A stretch of DNA of 64,000 bases from an uncultured virus (IMG/VR IMGVR_UViG_3300025832_000005) (taxonomy: Duplodnaviria; Heunggongvirae; Uroviricota; Caudoviricetes). The position numbers and the translations under genes are program-made. Under the pieces are notes generated by a model, which was not told the DNA's origin, did not search any database, and was given only the letters and a program-made list of their open reading frames with translations. The stretch spans positions 62,001 through 126,000 of IMG/VR virus record IMGVR_UViG_3300025832_000005, one strand, 5' to 3'. Shown here in pieces: positions 7,701-18,711 of the stretch (position 1 is the stretch's first letter; the number at the start of each line of letters is the position of its first letter).

Positions 7701-10253
7701 TTATAATTCAACGTATTCTAGTTTAACACTCCAGTTTACAGTGCTTGTGTCTCCACGTACTCTTATTGATAGTTGATTATTAAAGATCGCTACAGTAGCG
7801 TTCCATCCTGCGTCAATCACAGTCCAATCACTATAATTAGTATCTGGACTTGTATAAGAACTTGGAGTGTTAGCAGAAATATTATTAATTGCTTGGTATA
7901 TAATTAAGTCATGTTCAACTTGATCACCAGTTGAGTATGCGGTAGTTGCGTTCCAAGGTGTTATAAATGCTTCTGCATCTCCAGTATTACGCTGGTAGTC
8001 TATACGGCTAACTGCGCCAACAAAACTATCTGCATCATTAATATCTTGTACTACGCCTTGTATCTGCCAAGCTCGATTAGTTTGAGCTTGCCCAGCCAGT
8101 ACATAAATCTTAAAGAACCAAGTTTTGTTAGTACCAGGGCTAAGTACCAATCCATTAAACAATGCTGGTGTTGATGTTACATCAGTAGTTGTTAAGGTTG
8201 TATTTCCTACACCTGGTATAGTTAAATCAATATCATTAGCGTTTTCAGTAATCGTTACACTATTGTTGGACGATTTTAGTTTTCTGAATTGTAAATCATT
8301 TGTTACTCTTGATTTAAATATCTCTGCTCCAGTACCTAAATTACTAGCAGTTAGTGTATCACTAATAGTGATGTCACTAGTATTTTGTACAACACTAAGA
8401 GCACCACTAACATTAATTTTTCTGAATTCTTGTTCATTACTGACATTTTTTTGTTTGTATACTTCTACACCAGTACCTATGTTAACAAAAATATTACTTT
8501 GAGCATTGATATCATCAATTGTTGCTATATCTCTCCAACTATTTGTACTAGCATAATATGCTTCTACTTCATTAGTTGTGTTGTTGTAGCGTAACATACC
8601 ACTATTAGCTGGTGTTGATCGTTGAGTAGAGCTACCAACTGGTATAGTAATTGAACCTTGTCCTGGTATAATTGTGTTATCAGCTAAACCAATAGTAGGA
8701 TTGCCACCAGCGCCACTGCCATTAATAACTGTTATTTCATTATTAGTACCATTAATTGACCTTGCTATAGCAACTGCGCCATCTTTTGCTACAAATCCTG
8801 TACCAGACAATTCATTAACGTTTTTTCCAAATGCTGTAAATGTTACACTACTTTGTTGATAGTCTGACATTGTACCAAAGTTAAATGATGCTGTATCTAA
8901 ACGGGCAAATATAGTTAAGATGTCTGTTCTTACTACTAAATCATTTGTATTTGTTTGTAGTGCTAACTGTGCAGCTTCACTATTAACCAAATAAACATTA
9001 GCACCACCGCCGCTTTGTACTGAAATAGAACCACTTGCTACTGTTGGATTATCCGTAGCTGTATTTCCATCACTGGTACTTAATCCGCCTGCCAAGTAGC
9101 CAGGACTGTTGGGTGCTGTAGGATCGCTACCTAAACTCTTATCATCTTCACGTTGTACTACCTGTGTAGTATAACCAATAATTGTACCACAATAATCGTA
9201 TACTGGTATTTGATTGTCTACATTACTTTGTGGATCATCTGCTTGATCTAATAATGTCAGGAAGTCATCATCAAACAATAGTTTGAAAATGTTTTCGTAT
9301 TCAATTGGATCTGATTCTTGTTGTGACAAGTTACTTGCGCTAATTGGTACAGATCCATTTGACCCACCAAGCGAAGTTCCTGGTCTATATGTAACTGGGT
9401 AACCAGCAAGTTTGTCATATAAACCTTTCATACTTGAAGCTAACCTAGCATTACTAGCAACACTTCCGTTTTGTGGGTTATGCATAACACCAACACCACT
9501 ATTACAACTTGGGTCAGGAGTAGCAAATTGGCTTCCGCCTAAACTGTATGATCCATTAATATTATTTTCAAAGCTAATTAAGTTTTTAATACCACCAGCA
9601 ACACCTTCGATATCGTTACGTATACTATCAATTACACTTTGTCCAAGTGATCCAGCATTAATAGCATCAATATTATTAGCAATATTTCCTAGTATACCAC
9701 CATTAAACACGTTACCGTTAAAGCCGCCTGTTCCTATACAAGCACACACTTGACCAGGTACAATGCTACCAATTTGATCAATTAAATTTTTACCAGCACC
9801 AAGGAAACTGCCCATTGCTCGTTCTAACATATTTGGAATAGCGATTGGATCTACTGGTGCGCTACAAAAGTTAATCATGTTAGCAACATTTTGTGCTTCT
9901 GCCAATACACCATTAAGACGTCCAAGTATACTATCTAACTTAGTGTGATCCATAAAGTCGTTCATTGCGCCATCTAATTGTGATAACGCATCATATAGCT
10001 CGCCCTGTAATGCTGGAATACCCAGTAGCGCATTAATGTTTGCGCTCATACAAATCTGAATGTTTGGAAGTTTTATACCATTGCCGCCTAGTACACCACA
10101 TAACAGTTCACGTAATGTAAAACTATACTCTGCTTGTGCTACTGCTCGTAAGTTACTATTACCTAAAGCAGTGGTACCACTTAAATGATGTTTAGTATCA
10201 AGATAGTCATTGGCATTTTGTAAGCCATTTTTAAAATCAGTAAAGTCTGCCAT
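7701..10253 (-). CDS. Probable virion structural protein (baseplate/tail-associated)
   Basis: 850 aa; Gly/Asn/Ser/Thr-rich beta region with IPVGSSTQR..GMLRYN..EAY and NLGTGAEIFK repeats typical of phage fibre proteins; follows the PAAR gene. Confidence 0.6.
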   Translation of the reverse strand: MADFTDFKNGLQNANDYLDTKHHLSGTTALGNSNLRAVAQAEYSFTLRELLCGVLGGNGIKLPNIQICMSANINALLGIPALQGELYDALSQLDGAMNDFMDHTKLDSILGRLNGVLAEAQNVANMINFCSAPVDPIAIPNMLERAMGSFLGAGKNLIDQIGSIVPGQVCACIGTGGFNGNVFNGGILGNIANNIDAINAGSLGQSVIDSIRNDIEGVAGGIKNLISFENNINGSYSLGGSQFATPDPSCNSGVGVMHNPQNGSVASNARLASSMKGLYDKLAGYPVTYRPGTSLGGSNGSVPISASNLSQQESDPIEYENIFKLLFDDDFLTLLDQADDPQSNVDNQIPVYDYCGTIIGYTTQVVQREDDKSLGSDPTAPNSPGYLAGGLSTSDGNTATDNPTVASGSISVQSGGGANVYLVNSEAAQLALQTNTNDLVVRTDILTIFARLDTASFNFGTMSDYQQSSVTFTAFGKNVNELSGTGFVAKDGAVAIARSINGTNNEITVINGSGAGGNPTIGLADNTIIPGQGSITIPVGSSTQRSTPANSGMLRYNNTTNEVEAYYASTNSWRDIATIDDINAQSNIFVNIGTGVEVYKQKNVSNEQEFRKINVSGALSVVQNTSDITISDTLTASNLGTGAEIFKSRVTNDLQFRKLKSSNNSVTITENANDIDLTIPGVGNTTLTTTDVTSTPALFNGLVLSPGTNKTWFFKIYVLAGQAQTNRAWQIQGVVQDINDADSFVGAVSRIDYQRNTGDAEAFITPWNATTAYSTGDQVEHDLIIYQAINNISANTPSSYTSPDTNYSDWTVIDAGWNATVAIFNNQLSIRVRGDTSTVNWSVKLEYVEL

Positions 10254-10254
10254 G

Positions 10255-10554
10255 TTACCCTCCGGCTCTTACATCGCCGCTTGCGCTTGTCGCTGATGGT
10301 CCACAGTGTTCAGGACCATAACCTGGTCGTCCGCAATAGCTGTCTGCTGATGAGGGGTCATTTAAAATGATGATAGGTTTACCGCCAGCACGAGTTCTAC
10401 CACTAGTCGCAGTAGCTTGAAGAACGCCCCCACCATGACTGTTGGGGTCGCCCTCTGTACTAATAAATTGTCCGTTTACTCTGACATTATTAACTATAGC
10501 TCTAGTTGAGGCTCCACATAGTCTCTTGTCATTATTTCTGTGTACAAAGTTCAT
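10255..10554 (-). CDS. PAAR-like spike-tip protein (gp5.4-like)
   Basis: HR..D...CG..VRVNG...EGD...H, GGKPI...D, HC..A..S.DVRAGG pattern. Confidence 0.7.
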   Translation of the reverse strand: MNFVHRNNDKRLCGASTRAIVNNVRVNGQFISTEGDPNSHGGGVLQATATSGRTRAGGKPIIILNDPSSADSYCGRPGYGPEHCGPSATSASGDVRAGG

Positions 10555-10565
10555 ACACGTATTTA

Positions 10566-10895
10566 TTAGATAAGCAGACTACTTTCTGCCGCTGTTGCTG
10601 TCGTAATACCAGTTGTACTCTGCATATATCCGTCAGCTAAGTTCTTTTCAGTTTTTGTAATTGCTACAACTTGCGCTTTGCCAATAAACACTGGATCATT
10701 GCTTTTTGTATCAATACTCATAATCCAAGGAATAAGCATTGCTTTACCATCTTGTGGGTTAATTGTAAGCACTGTTGGCTTTACTACATTTAATGCGTTG
10801 TCGTCTTCTGAATCAAATCTAGCAACGACTTCTTCGCCAGTGCTACATTTAACAGTCATTACATCGCCTTTTTTAAAGTTTGAAATCTTTAACAT
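10566..10895 (-). CDS. Hypothetical protein (small beta-barrel, Sm-like pattern)
   Basis: GDVMTVKCSTGEEVVAR..P...PW..Y.QSTTGI. Confidence 0.6.
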   Translation of the reverse strand: MLKISNFKKGDVMTVKCSTGEEVVARFDSEDDNALNVVKPTVLTINPQDGKAMLIPWIMSIDTKSNDPVFIGKAQVVAITKTEKNLADGYMQSTTGITTATAAESSLLI

Positions 10896-11151
10896 TTAGT
10901 TTTACTTCTCCAATAAGTTCACGTACAGTTTCGGGTTGTAATCTTACTAACGCCATACCGCCGCCTTCTACTAATAATTTGCCATCATGATAAATTTGTG
11001 GCATTGTTCTGTGACCTTCTGTAATTAGAAACTCACGTGCTTCTGGAACAGACTCGACATTGATCTCCTCAAACTCGAATCCGTTCTTTTTTAAATAATC
11101 CTTAGCCATGTCACAGTAACCGCATAAGTTTTTGCTGTATACTGTAATCAT
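10873..11151 (-). CDS. Glutaredoxin (RNR electron donor)
   Basis: VYSKNLCGYCDMAK..GHRTMPQI..GG; adjacent to nrdB. Confidence 0.9.
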   Translation of the reverse strand: MITVYSKNLCGYCDMAKDYLKKNGFEFEEINVESVPEAREFLITEGHRTMPQIYHDGKLLVEGGGMALVRLQPETVRELIGEVKLNVKDFKL

Positions 11152-12275
11152 AAACTAAATCCTTTAAATGTATCTTGGGTAACATCTTGCTTTGTGCCAC
11201 CGTTAATATAACTTGTAATCTCTGTTTCCTGTGGTGCTACTTGTACATCTCCACCAGCGATCCATTTCTTTGTCCAAGGCAATGGGTTACTAGCTTGATT
11301 GTAAATTTTAGGAAGACCAGCATTGCCCATACGCTTCATGGCAATGTGTTCAATGTACTGACTTAGTAGCTCTTTGTTTAAGCCAAGCATACTACCGTCT
11401 TTAAACAAATAGTCCGCCCAGGCTTTTTCCTGATCTACAGCATCAGTAAACATCTTGATACATTCTTCTTCTGTTTCTCGAGCAATCTGTTCAAACACTG
11501 GATCGTCTTTCTTGAGTGTTTTAAGTAATAGCTGTGTTGATCCTAAATGTAGGTTCTCATCACGAGCAATAAACTTAATAATCTTAGCATTGCCTTCCAT
11601 CTTTTTAAGTTCAGCAAATGCCCAACTACATGCGAATGAAACGTAGAAGCGAACACCTTCAAGAATGTTAACACTCATTAGTGCTAACCATAGTTTCTTT
11701 TTAAGTTCATACAGATCAACTACAACTTTTTTGCCATTAACTGTGTGTACGCCTTCACCTAGTAGATTGTAGTAACTAGCGCCTTCAATTAGATCGTCAT
11801 AGTACTTGGAGATATCTCCAGCACATTCAATGATCTCTGGAATATCCATAAGTTGATCAAAGATAACGCTTGGGTCATTATACACATTACGAATAATATG
11901 TGTGTAACTACGACTGTGGATTGTTTCACTAAATGTCCAGGTAATAATCCAGTTCTCTAGTTCTGGTAAACTTACAATGCTACCAAACGATTCCACTGGT
12001 CCACGCCCTTGTACACTATCCAACAAGATCTGTCTTTTAAGATTACTTGTAAAGATATGTTGCTCATGGTCCGTCAACTGTTTAAAGTCTTTCCCATCAC
12101 GATATGTATCAACTTCTTCTGGACGCCAGAAGAATCCTAGTTGTTTGTCTGTAAACTTATCAAAGCTAGGATACTTCATTGTATCGTAACGTTGAATTGT
12201 TACTCCTCCTGATGGATCAAGGAATGCCAAGTTATTTGTTTGGCTACCTTTGTTAGTTACGTCAAAAACACTCAT
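11148..12275 (-). CDS. nrdB: Ribonucleotide reductase class Ia beta subunit
   Basis: FFWRPEEV, QILLDSVQGR, ETIHSRSYTH, LEGVRFYVSF, RDENLH, VAPQETE. Confidence 0.97.
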   Translation of the reverse strand: MSVFDVTNKGSQTNNLAFLDPSGGVTIQRYDTMKYPSFDKFTDKQLGFFWRPEEVDTYRDGKDFKQLTDHEQHIFTSNLKRQILLDSVQGRGPVESFGSIVSLPELENWIITWTFSETIHSRSYTHIIRNVYNDPSVIFDQLMDIPEIIECAGDISKYYDDLIEGASYYNLLGEGVHTVNGKKVVVDLYELKKKLWLALMSVNILEGVRFYVSFACSWAFAELKKMEGNAKIIKFIARDENLHLGSTQLLLKTLKKDDPVFEQIARETEEECIKMFTDAVDQEKAWADYLFKDGSMLGLNKELLSQYIEHIAMKRMGNAGLPKIYNQASNPLPWTKKWIAGGDVQVAPQETEITSYINGGTKQDVTQDTFKGFSL

Positions 12276-12288
12276 TCAATCTCTCTCT

Positions 12289-14589
12289 TTATATTACACA
12301 GCTTTCGCATTCATCGTCTTCAATTGTTATATTATCTTCCACTATACTTGATTGTTCCAGTTTGTCAATATCTATTTCGCCGGCTCCGTCATATGTGTTA
12401 AAATAATACAACTGCTTGCCGCCATATTTGTAGAACATCATTAGATGTTGTAGCATACTACTCATTGGAATCTTCTCATCTGGGAAGTGCTGTGGATTAT
12501 AACTTGTGTTTACACTAATACCTTGATCGATATATTTTTGTAACACTGCCATAATCTGTAAGTATCCTTCTGGTGATGTCTGATCCCATAGTAGTTCATA
12601 CTTGTTTTTGAGATGATGGATACCAGGCACAACTTGCTTTAGTACACCATGTTTTGATTGTTTAATACTTACTAAACTACGTGGTGGTTCAATACCGTTT
12701 GTCGCATTACTAATTTGTGCTGACGTTTCAGCAGGCATAAGAGCCATTAGTGTTGAGTTACGGATACCTGTTTTAGCTAATTGTACTCTTAGTTCTTTCC
12801 ATGGCATACGTTCTTTGTGTGCTACTAGTTCATCAACATCTTTCTTATATGTGTCAATAGGTAGGATACCATCACTATATTTTGTTTGGTCATTCCACAA
12901 ACATGCGCCTTGCTCTTGTGCTAGGTCTGCGCTTGCTTTAATTAAACTGTAACTCCATGCTTCAGCATACTCATCAATCATTTCTAGATTAGGCTCACTG
13001 TATGTCATATTGTTTCGTGCCATCCAGTATGCCAAGTTAATAATACCTACACCTAATGGTCGTCTACCCATGGTTGCCATTTCTGCCGCAATTACTGGAT
13101 AGTTCTGATAACTGAGTAGAGCATCAAGCCCACGTACTGCTAGTTTACCAATACGGATAAAGTCACTTGGCTTACGTACATTGCCCCAATTAACAGCACT
13201 TAGTGTACATAAGGCAATCTCACCATCTGGATCATTAAAGTCATTAAGTGGTTTTGTAGGTAAATTAATCTCACAACACAAGTTACTTTGTTTAATAGGT
13301 GCCATATCTGCTTTGAACGAACCATGCTCGTTAGAATGGTCAACATTTTGTAAGTAAATGCGTCCAGTATCTTTGCGTTCTCCCATAAAGTGACTAAACA
13401 ACTCAAGTGCTGGTATTGTCTTCTTACGTAGTCTTGTATTACGCTCTGCTGTTTCATATAAACGTTTAAACTCGTCTTGGTCAGCAAAGAATGCTTCGTA
13501 TAGTCCTGGTACATCACTAGGTGAGAATAAGGTAATGTCTCCGCCAGTAATTAAACGCTCATACATTAGTTTGTTAAACTGTACACCGTAGTCCATTTGA
13601 CGTACACGATTATCTTCAATACCTTTGTTGTTTTTAAGTACTAGTAGATCTTCTGCTTCGAGATGCCAAATCGGGTAATATAATGTTGCTGCTCCGTTTC
13701 GCACGCCGCCTTGGCTACATGATCTGGTAGCAGACTGGAACATTTTAAAGAAAGGAACGACCCCGGTATGATATGCGTCACCTCGACGTATGGGGGAGCC
13801 GAGAGCCCGTATACTTCCTGCTCCAATACCAATTCCTGCTTTTTGTGATACGTATTTGACAATACTACTAGTAGTTGCGTTAATGCTATCGAGACTATCG
13901 CCAGTTTCAATAAGAACGCACGAACTAAATTGTCTCTGCGGAGTACGCACGCCTGCCATAACAGGAGTAGGTAAACTGATATCGAAAGTACTAATGGCAT
14001 CGTAATAATCCTTAACCCATTTTAATCTTGTTTCTTTGTCATAACTACCAAATAATGTCGCTGCAATTAGCATATATGCCATTTGTGGTGTTTCTAGTTT
14101 TTCACCTGTAACACGGTTTTGTACAAGATACTTGCCACGCCATTGTTCCATAGCGGCATATGTAAAGTCTTGATCACGGTCGTGTTTAATATAATCATTA
14201 AGTTCGTCCCATTCTGAAGCAGTATATTCAGTGAGCAACGCTGGGTCATACCATCCTTCATCTACATTACGAGTAATTAGTTTTAAGATATGCCAAGGTT
14301 CAAAGCTATCGTATACTTGTTTGCGCAAATGATACACAATAAGGCGCCCTGCTACCCATTGATAGTTTGGGGCATCTTCTTCAATTAACTCTGAAGCACT
14401 TTTAATAAGTGTTTCTTGGATGTCATCAGTTGTAATACCATTATAAAAATGTAAGTTACTCTTCATCTCAACTTGACTAGGACTAACTCCATTAATACCT
14501 TCACAGGCATAAAAAGCTACTTTATGTAGCTTTTCGAGGTCAATTGCCTCTTTACTTCCATCTCTTTTTGTTACTTGAATATTGCTCAT
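12289..14589 (-). CDS. nrdA: Ribonucleotide reductase class Ia alpha subunit with ATP cone
   Basis: VTKRDG ATP cone, QFSSCVLI, SNLCCEI, ALCTL, KQLYY, C-terminal ECESCVI; no intein or intron seen. Confidence 0.97.
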   Translation of the reverse strand: MSNIQVTKRDGSKEAIDLEKLHKVAFYACEGINGVSPSQVEMKSNLHFYNGITTDDIQETLIKSASELIEEDAPNYQWVAGRLIVYHLRKQVYDSFEPWHILKLITRNVDEGWYDPALLTEYTASEWDELNDYIKHDRDQDFTYAAMEQWRGKYLVQNRVTGEKLETPQMAYMLIAATLFGSYDKETRLKWVKDYYDAISTFDISLPTPVMAGVRTPQRQFSSCVLIETGDSLDSINATTSSIVKYVSQKAGIGIGAGSIRALGSPIRRGDAYHTGVVPFFKMFQSATRSCSQGGVRNGAATLYYPIWHLEAEDLLVLKNNKGIEDNRVRQMDYGVQFNKLMYERLITGGDITLFSPSDVPGLYEAFFADQDEFKRLYETAERNTRLRKKTIPALELFSHFMGERKDTGRIYLQNVDHSNEHGSFKADMAPIKQSNLCCEINLPTKPLNDFNDPDGEIALCTLSAVNWGNVRKPSDFIRIGKLAVRGLDALLSYQNYPVIAAEMATMGRRPLGVGIINLAYWMARNNMTYSEPNLEMIDEYAEAWSYSLIKASADLAQEQGACLWNDQTKYSDGILPIDTYKKDVDELVAHKERMPWKELRVQLAKTGIRNSTLMALMPAETSAQISNATNGIEPPRSLVSIKQSKHGVLKQVVPGIHHLKNKYELLWDQTSPEGYLQIMAVLQKYIDQGISVNTSYNPQHFPDEKIPMSSMLQHLMMFYKYGGKQLYYFNTYDGAGEIDIDKLEQSSIVEDNITIEDDECESCVI

Positions 14590-14652
14590 ACTGTTTTCGT
14601 CCTTATAGTATATCATGTTAGTGCCGAATCATCGTAGTTCGGGGTATATTTG

Positions 14653-15105
14653 TTATTTTATTATGTTTTTTATTTTAGTTCTGTAGGAAACAGAACATAT
14701 ATCTTCAGTGGGTAATGTACTTATACTACCGTGATCAAAGTTAAGCAGGTGTTTATTATCGATCAGCGCACATAGACGCTGAAAACTTTTACCAATACAT
14801 GTTACATACAGTAGCTCATTTTGTATGTTTGGATTGGCATAATAGATAGTATATGCCATTCCTAATGCGACACTATTTTGACAAAAGTTTCCTTGATGTA
14901 ACATTTCCCAAGGTGTTGGCCACTGTTCTGGGTTAACAGGATCAATAGATATGTTAACCAATGGAGCACTTTGCCACCACTGTACTACAGTCTTACTTAC
15001 ATCAAGTGTATTTGTTTGATCCAAGCCATTACGGAAGTCACGCCACATACTTAAACGCTTGCTAGGTGACTCATACCAGGCTTGATTATTTAATTGCTGT
15101 TCCAA
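14653..15105 (-). CDS. Hypothetical protein
   Basis: 150 aa, WPTPWEMLH..C motif. Confidence 0.65.
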   Translation of the reverse strand: MEQQLNNQAWYESPSKRLSMWRDFRNGLDQTNTLDVSKTVVQWWQSAPLVNISIDPVNPEQWPTPWEMLHQGNFCQNSVALGMAYTIYYANPNIQNELLYVTCIGKSFQRLCALIDNKHLLNFDHGSISTLPTEDICSVSYRTKIKNIIK

Positions 15106-15749
15106 AGTTGATATGTATATTTAAATTTCGTTATAGTATTAGCGCCATCAGTGTACATTAAACGTAGTGTGTTTGCTACGCTAATATCTGCACTAAAGGT
15201 CACATCTACTGTTGCGGTTTCGGTATAATTATCATCAATTGCGCTTGTTGAAGCACTAATGTCTGTTGCCATTCTGATTTGGCCAACACGTACACCATTA
15301 GTACTTTCTAATGTATAATCAATGATAGCGATATTGTATAGTGTGGTATCAATACTAAAGCCAGTTACTACATTATTTCCATTTGCAGCTAGAGAAAGGC
15401 TGTTTGGAATCGTTGCGTAACGTTCCATGCTAATCTCACCATTAAAGTTGGCAGTAATAGCACCAGTTGGAGCAGTAGCAAACGTTAGTGTAGTTCCAAC
15501 AATACTATAATCAGCAGGATTAACTTGTGAACCGTCATCAAATACTCCTACTACGCCGTTTGTAGTTAATGTACTTGGTACAACAAATGCTGTGATTACG
15601 CCATTACCTGTGCCTACACTAATAGTAGTGTTTCCGATAAACAACCTTTGATTGTCTGTTGCGTATCCTACTTCACCTGGATCAAGCAAGGGCAAATCTG
15701 CGAAGTTGCCTTGCCTTACTTTAATTTTACTAATACGTGTGTCTGCCAT
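15090..15749 (-). CDS. Virion protein with Mtd-N-like N-terminal domain
   Basis: SKIKVRQG..LPLLDPGEVGYATDNQRLFIGN; late box and SD upstream. Confidence 0.7.
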   Translation of the reverse strand: MADTRISKIKVRQGNFADLPLLDPGEVGYATDNQRLFIGNTTISVGTGNGVITAFVVPSTLTTNGVVGVFDDGSQVNPADYSIVGTTLTFATAPTGAITANFNGEISMERYATIPNSLSLAANGNNVVTGFSIDTTLYNIAIIDYTLESTNGVRVGQIRMATDISASTSAIDDNYTETATVDVTFSADISVANTLRLMYTDGANTITKFKYTYQLWNSN

Positions 15750-15772
15750 TGATCTGTTCCTCTATAATGTAT

Positions 15773-16438
15773 TTATGACAGGTTATAAAACTCTGCTACC
15801 TTGCCGGCCCACTTTTCTTCCCAAACTTTGAACTCTTCTGGGCCTACTTCAAATAACTGCCAGTCTAAATCTCGACTACACATAAAGATAGCGGCATGCT
15901 CAATCTTTGTTTCAAATATTTCGTTGTGGGCCATCGCATAAGCGGCGGCTTGCATAAAGTAGTCGTCAATCCACTCACGCTTTTTGGGTTTATTGGTTTG
16001 TTTAAAATCCATAATACAAGGCTTCCCCTTGTACATGCCAACTAAGTCAGTAGTACCAGCATACAATCCTGGATAACACAAGTTTACTTCACTACCCCAA
16101 ACTTCGTCAATGTCAGCTTCTACGTTTTTTATAACGGTCTCTGCCATCATCTTGGCTTGTAGCATAGTTTTACCTGTATACTCTTGGTTAAGGCTCCATG
16201 CTTCCAGCATTTCGTGCATTATTGAACCTACGCCAGCGGCTTCAGTTACAATTTGTTGTGCTTTCTTTTCACCTACACGCTTTTTCCAAGCATTGAGGTG
16301 TGTCATATCCTTTGTTTTACTCAGGATAGTAGTAACACTGGGCACAGGATCGCCATACGGATTTTCGTATAAACGTTTGCCGTTTACGCTTTTGCGTTTA
16401 AATTCTTGATACGGGTAGGGTGTGGTAATTTTTAACAT
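15773..16438 (-). CDS. PD-(D/E)XK exonuclease (Cas4/MGME1-like)
   Basis: VPSVTTIL..W...VG..G..MH..E..YAGTTDL..IMDFKQ..Q..AYA. Confidence 0.85.
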   Translation of the reverse strand: MLKITTPYPYQEFKRKSVNGKRLYENPYGDPVPSVTTILSKTKDMTHLNAWKKRVGEKKAQQIVTEAAGVGSIMHEMLEAWSLNQEYTGKTMLQAKMMAETVIKNVEADIDEVWGSEVNLCYPGLYAGTTDLVGMYKGKPCIMDFKQTNKPKKREWIDDYFMQAAAYAMAHNEIFETKIEHAAIFMCSRDLDWQLFEVGPEEFKVWEEKWAGKVAEFYNLS

Positions 16439-16469
16439 ATAGTGACTATAGCACTAATGAACTACAATG

Positions 16470-16814
16470 TCAATAGTTGATTACCCATTTAAATGTAGTA
16501 TTTGTAGTAGTATTTGTCTGACGTTGTATTGTATAACCCAAGTTCTCAAAATAACTAATAACTTGTTTCATTTGGTCAACTTTAGCAACATCAGCAATGT
16601 CAGTTCCTTGCCATACATTAAAATATGCTTTGGCATCAGCGGTTGCTGTTGGGTTACTCTCTGTCATTGTAGTTCCATCATCTACTATTGTTTGGTAAGC
16701 GCCAGCACTAGCATCAACTATAACTTGACGCATCAATGCTGATGTTTCATCAAAGATTGTTAAATCATTTCTTGCTGTTGTTCTTGCTTGCTGTGCGCTT
16801 ACTTGATAACTCAT
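16470..16814 (-). CDS. Hypothetical late protein
   Basis: 114-aa ORF in a coupled operon. Confidence 0.65.
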   Translation of the reverse strand: MSYQVSAQQARTTARNDLTIFDETSALMRQVIVDASAGAYQTIVDDGTTMTESNPTATADAKAYFNVWQGTDIADVAKVDQMKQVISYFENLGYTIQRQTNTTTNTTFKWVINY

Positions 16815-17128
16815 AGTTTCTTATCTTTCTTTGACAGTTGTTTTGATGCCATTTTACTAACAGTGTCGTCAGTAGGATCAGTTTCAGTGGGGAGAGCTGA
16901 ATCTAATTTTACTTCTTGTTTGTTAGCACTACCAACGGCAGAAATACTGTTTAACATACGGATTAGTGATTTCATTTCTAAATAATATCCACTAGACTGT
17001 AATTTAGCTAATAATGCTGGTGTTTTAATTGAAGTCATACCACGTGCTTTAGATCGAACAATTAATTCTTCGATACCATTTAGGACATAGTCCTGTCCTT
17101 CAGTTATTATGACTTCATTAACTAACAT
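16811..17128 (-). CDS. Hypothetical late protein
   Basis: N-terminal MLVNEVIITEG motif. Confidence 0.65.
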   Translation of the reverse strand: MLVNEVIITEGQDYVLNGIEELIVRSKARGMTSIKTPALLAKLQSSGYYLEMKSLIRMLNSISAVGSANKQEVKLDSALPTETDPTDDTVSKMASKQLSKKDKKL

Positions 17129-17976
17129 TACTTGTTACCTGCGTCCAGTTCATTAATAATATTGATAAACTGATCGTGTGTCATAGTGCCGCTTTCAACC
17201 ATTTTAAAGAGCTTGTCTTTACTCTCTAGAAACTTTTTTTCAGCTAACGCACCTTTTTCCATGTCTGCTAAAGCACTTTCGCCTTTTAACTCACGTCCAA
17301 GTTGGTTGTCATCACCAGCGGCAGCATCGTCGCCACCAAATTCGTCACCCATGTCTAGTTCATCTGTGTCGCCCAGGTCCATGGTATCTGTACCCATGTC
17401 TGTTGGCATTGTTTGTGCTGGTTGCTCGCCACGTGCTACAAGTGTTGCGTTTTCTAATTCACCTTTTGCTGATTTAGCAGAGTCAAGTAATCCACCAAGT
17501 GCCGCTTCAGCACTAGCATTATATGCTTCTGCTTGTTCAAAGCCTAGTTGTTCTTTCATTGCGTCAACAATTGGCATAAGTTTTTGTACTTGCATTCCTG
17601 CTAAGTCTTCAACCATTTTTTGTAGTCCATCAACTAACTCTTGTGCGGCTAGCATTACTTCTGCTTGCTCTAGTTCTGCTGATTCACGTACTTTAGTTTT
17701 CATCTTTTTACCATCGTTACGTGTTGGCGCAACTTCACTGATGTAAGTACGTAATGAGTGTGAAATTAAACTTAATTTATTATAAGTTTTATCTTCCCAA
17801 TAAGCACTGTTGCTTTCTTTAATTGCTGTAATCTTTGCATTAGTTGCGTTTAACATACGCCCTAATGATTCACTGCTCATTTCAGAAACATTAACATTAT
17901 GACCAAATGTGTTAGCCAATACTTTGTTAATTTTTTCTACGTTGTGGGCAGCTGAGTTTAAATCGTTTAAATACAT
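17128..17976 (-). CDS. Hypothetical acidic helical protein, possibly a head core/internal protein
   Basis: 282 aa, acidic linker, late box upstream. Confidence 0.65.
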   Translation of the reverse strand: MYLNDLNSAAHNVEKINKVLANTFGHNVNVSEMSSESLGRMLNATNAKITAIKESNSAYWEDKTYNKLSLISHSLRTYISEVAPTRNDGKKMKTKVRESAELEQAEVMLAAQELVDGLQKMVEDLAGMQVQKLMPIVDAMKEQLGFEQAEAYNASAEAALGGLLDSAKSAKGELENATLVARGEQPAQTMPTDMGTDTMDLGDTDELDMGDEFGGDDAAAGDDNQLGRELKGESALADMEKGALAEKKFLESKDKLFKMVESGTMTHDQFINIINELDAGNK

Positions 17977-18016
17977 TGTATAATTCCCCGTTGTTTATTA
18001 TATTTATACACATCTG

Positions 18017-18484
18017 TTACAGACGTGATAAAATTCTTTGCTTTGCTTCTTGTACTTTTTGCTTCGCCCTACTGGCTTTAGCAATGGCAATATCTTCATT
18101 GATACCACCTCTGTTTGCTCTAGATTGTTGTGCCCAAGTTTCATATAGCGCATTACTATAATCATGGTCATACTTTTCTAATTCTGTAATTCCTGATGTT
18201 TTATTAGTGATATATTTTTTAACAATACCCATTGCTGTTTCAAACAATGCTAAGTCACTGTGTATTACTTCGTTGCCATCAACTACATTATAAAAGTTTT
18301 TTTGTCTACCAGCAAACTGCTCACTGATAATGTCAATGCGATAGTTTTGTACTGTAATTGATTGCTCTGTTATAGTTTGTGTCATAGCAACTTTTAGATC
18401 AACGTCAGCTTCTGCAGCCTCGTTAAGCATAGCAGATGTTTCCTCAACCTGCGCAGTTAAAATGTCTTTAAGAGATCTAGTCAT
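18017..18484 (-). CDS. Hypothetical protein
   Basis: 155-aa coupled ORF. Confidence 0.6.
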   Translation of the reverse strand: MTRSLKDILTAQVEETSAMLNEAAEADVDLKVAMTQTITEQSITVQNYRIDIISEQFAGRQKNFYNVVDGNEVIHSDLALFETAMGIVKKYITNKTSGITELEKYDHDYSNALYETWAQQSRANRGGINEDIAIAKASRAKQKVQEAKQRILSRL

Positions 18485-18711
18485 TATAATTTACCGTACT
18501 TGTTAATGTTAAGTTTATAACCTGTTGTTTTACTGTCTACTACTTTATCTAGTACACCACGTACAACTAAGTTTTGCGCAATATACGCATCACGCTCATT
18601 TAATGACTTACGCTCTAGTATAATGTCTTCAGTAAAATGACTATCTAAAAAATCACTTTCACGACTATTAATAAATGTAGGAAAGCCACCTTTGGTTACA
18701 AATGCTCTCAT
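18484..18711 (-). CDS. Hypothetical protein
   Basis: 75-aa coupled ORF. Confidence 0.55.
   Translation of the reverse strand: MRAFVTKGGFPTFINSRESDFLDSHFTEDIILERKSLNERDAYIAQNLVVRGVLDKVVDSKTTGYKLNINKYGKL

Noticed and set aside
15773..16438. Cas4-like nuclease as evidence of a CRISPR system
   Set aside because: No repeat-spacer array or other cas genes in the window; such exonucleases are common in phages
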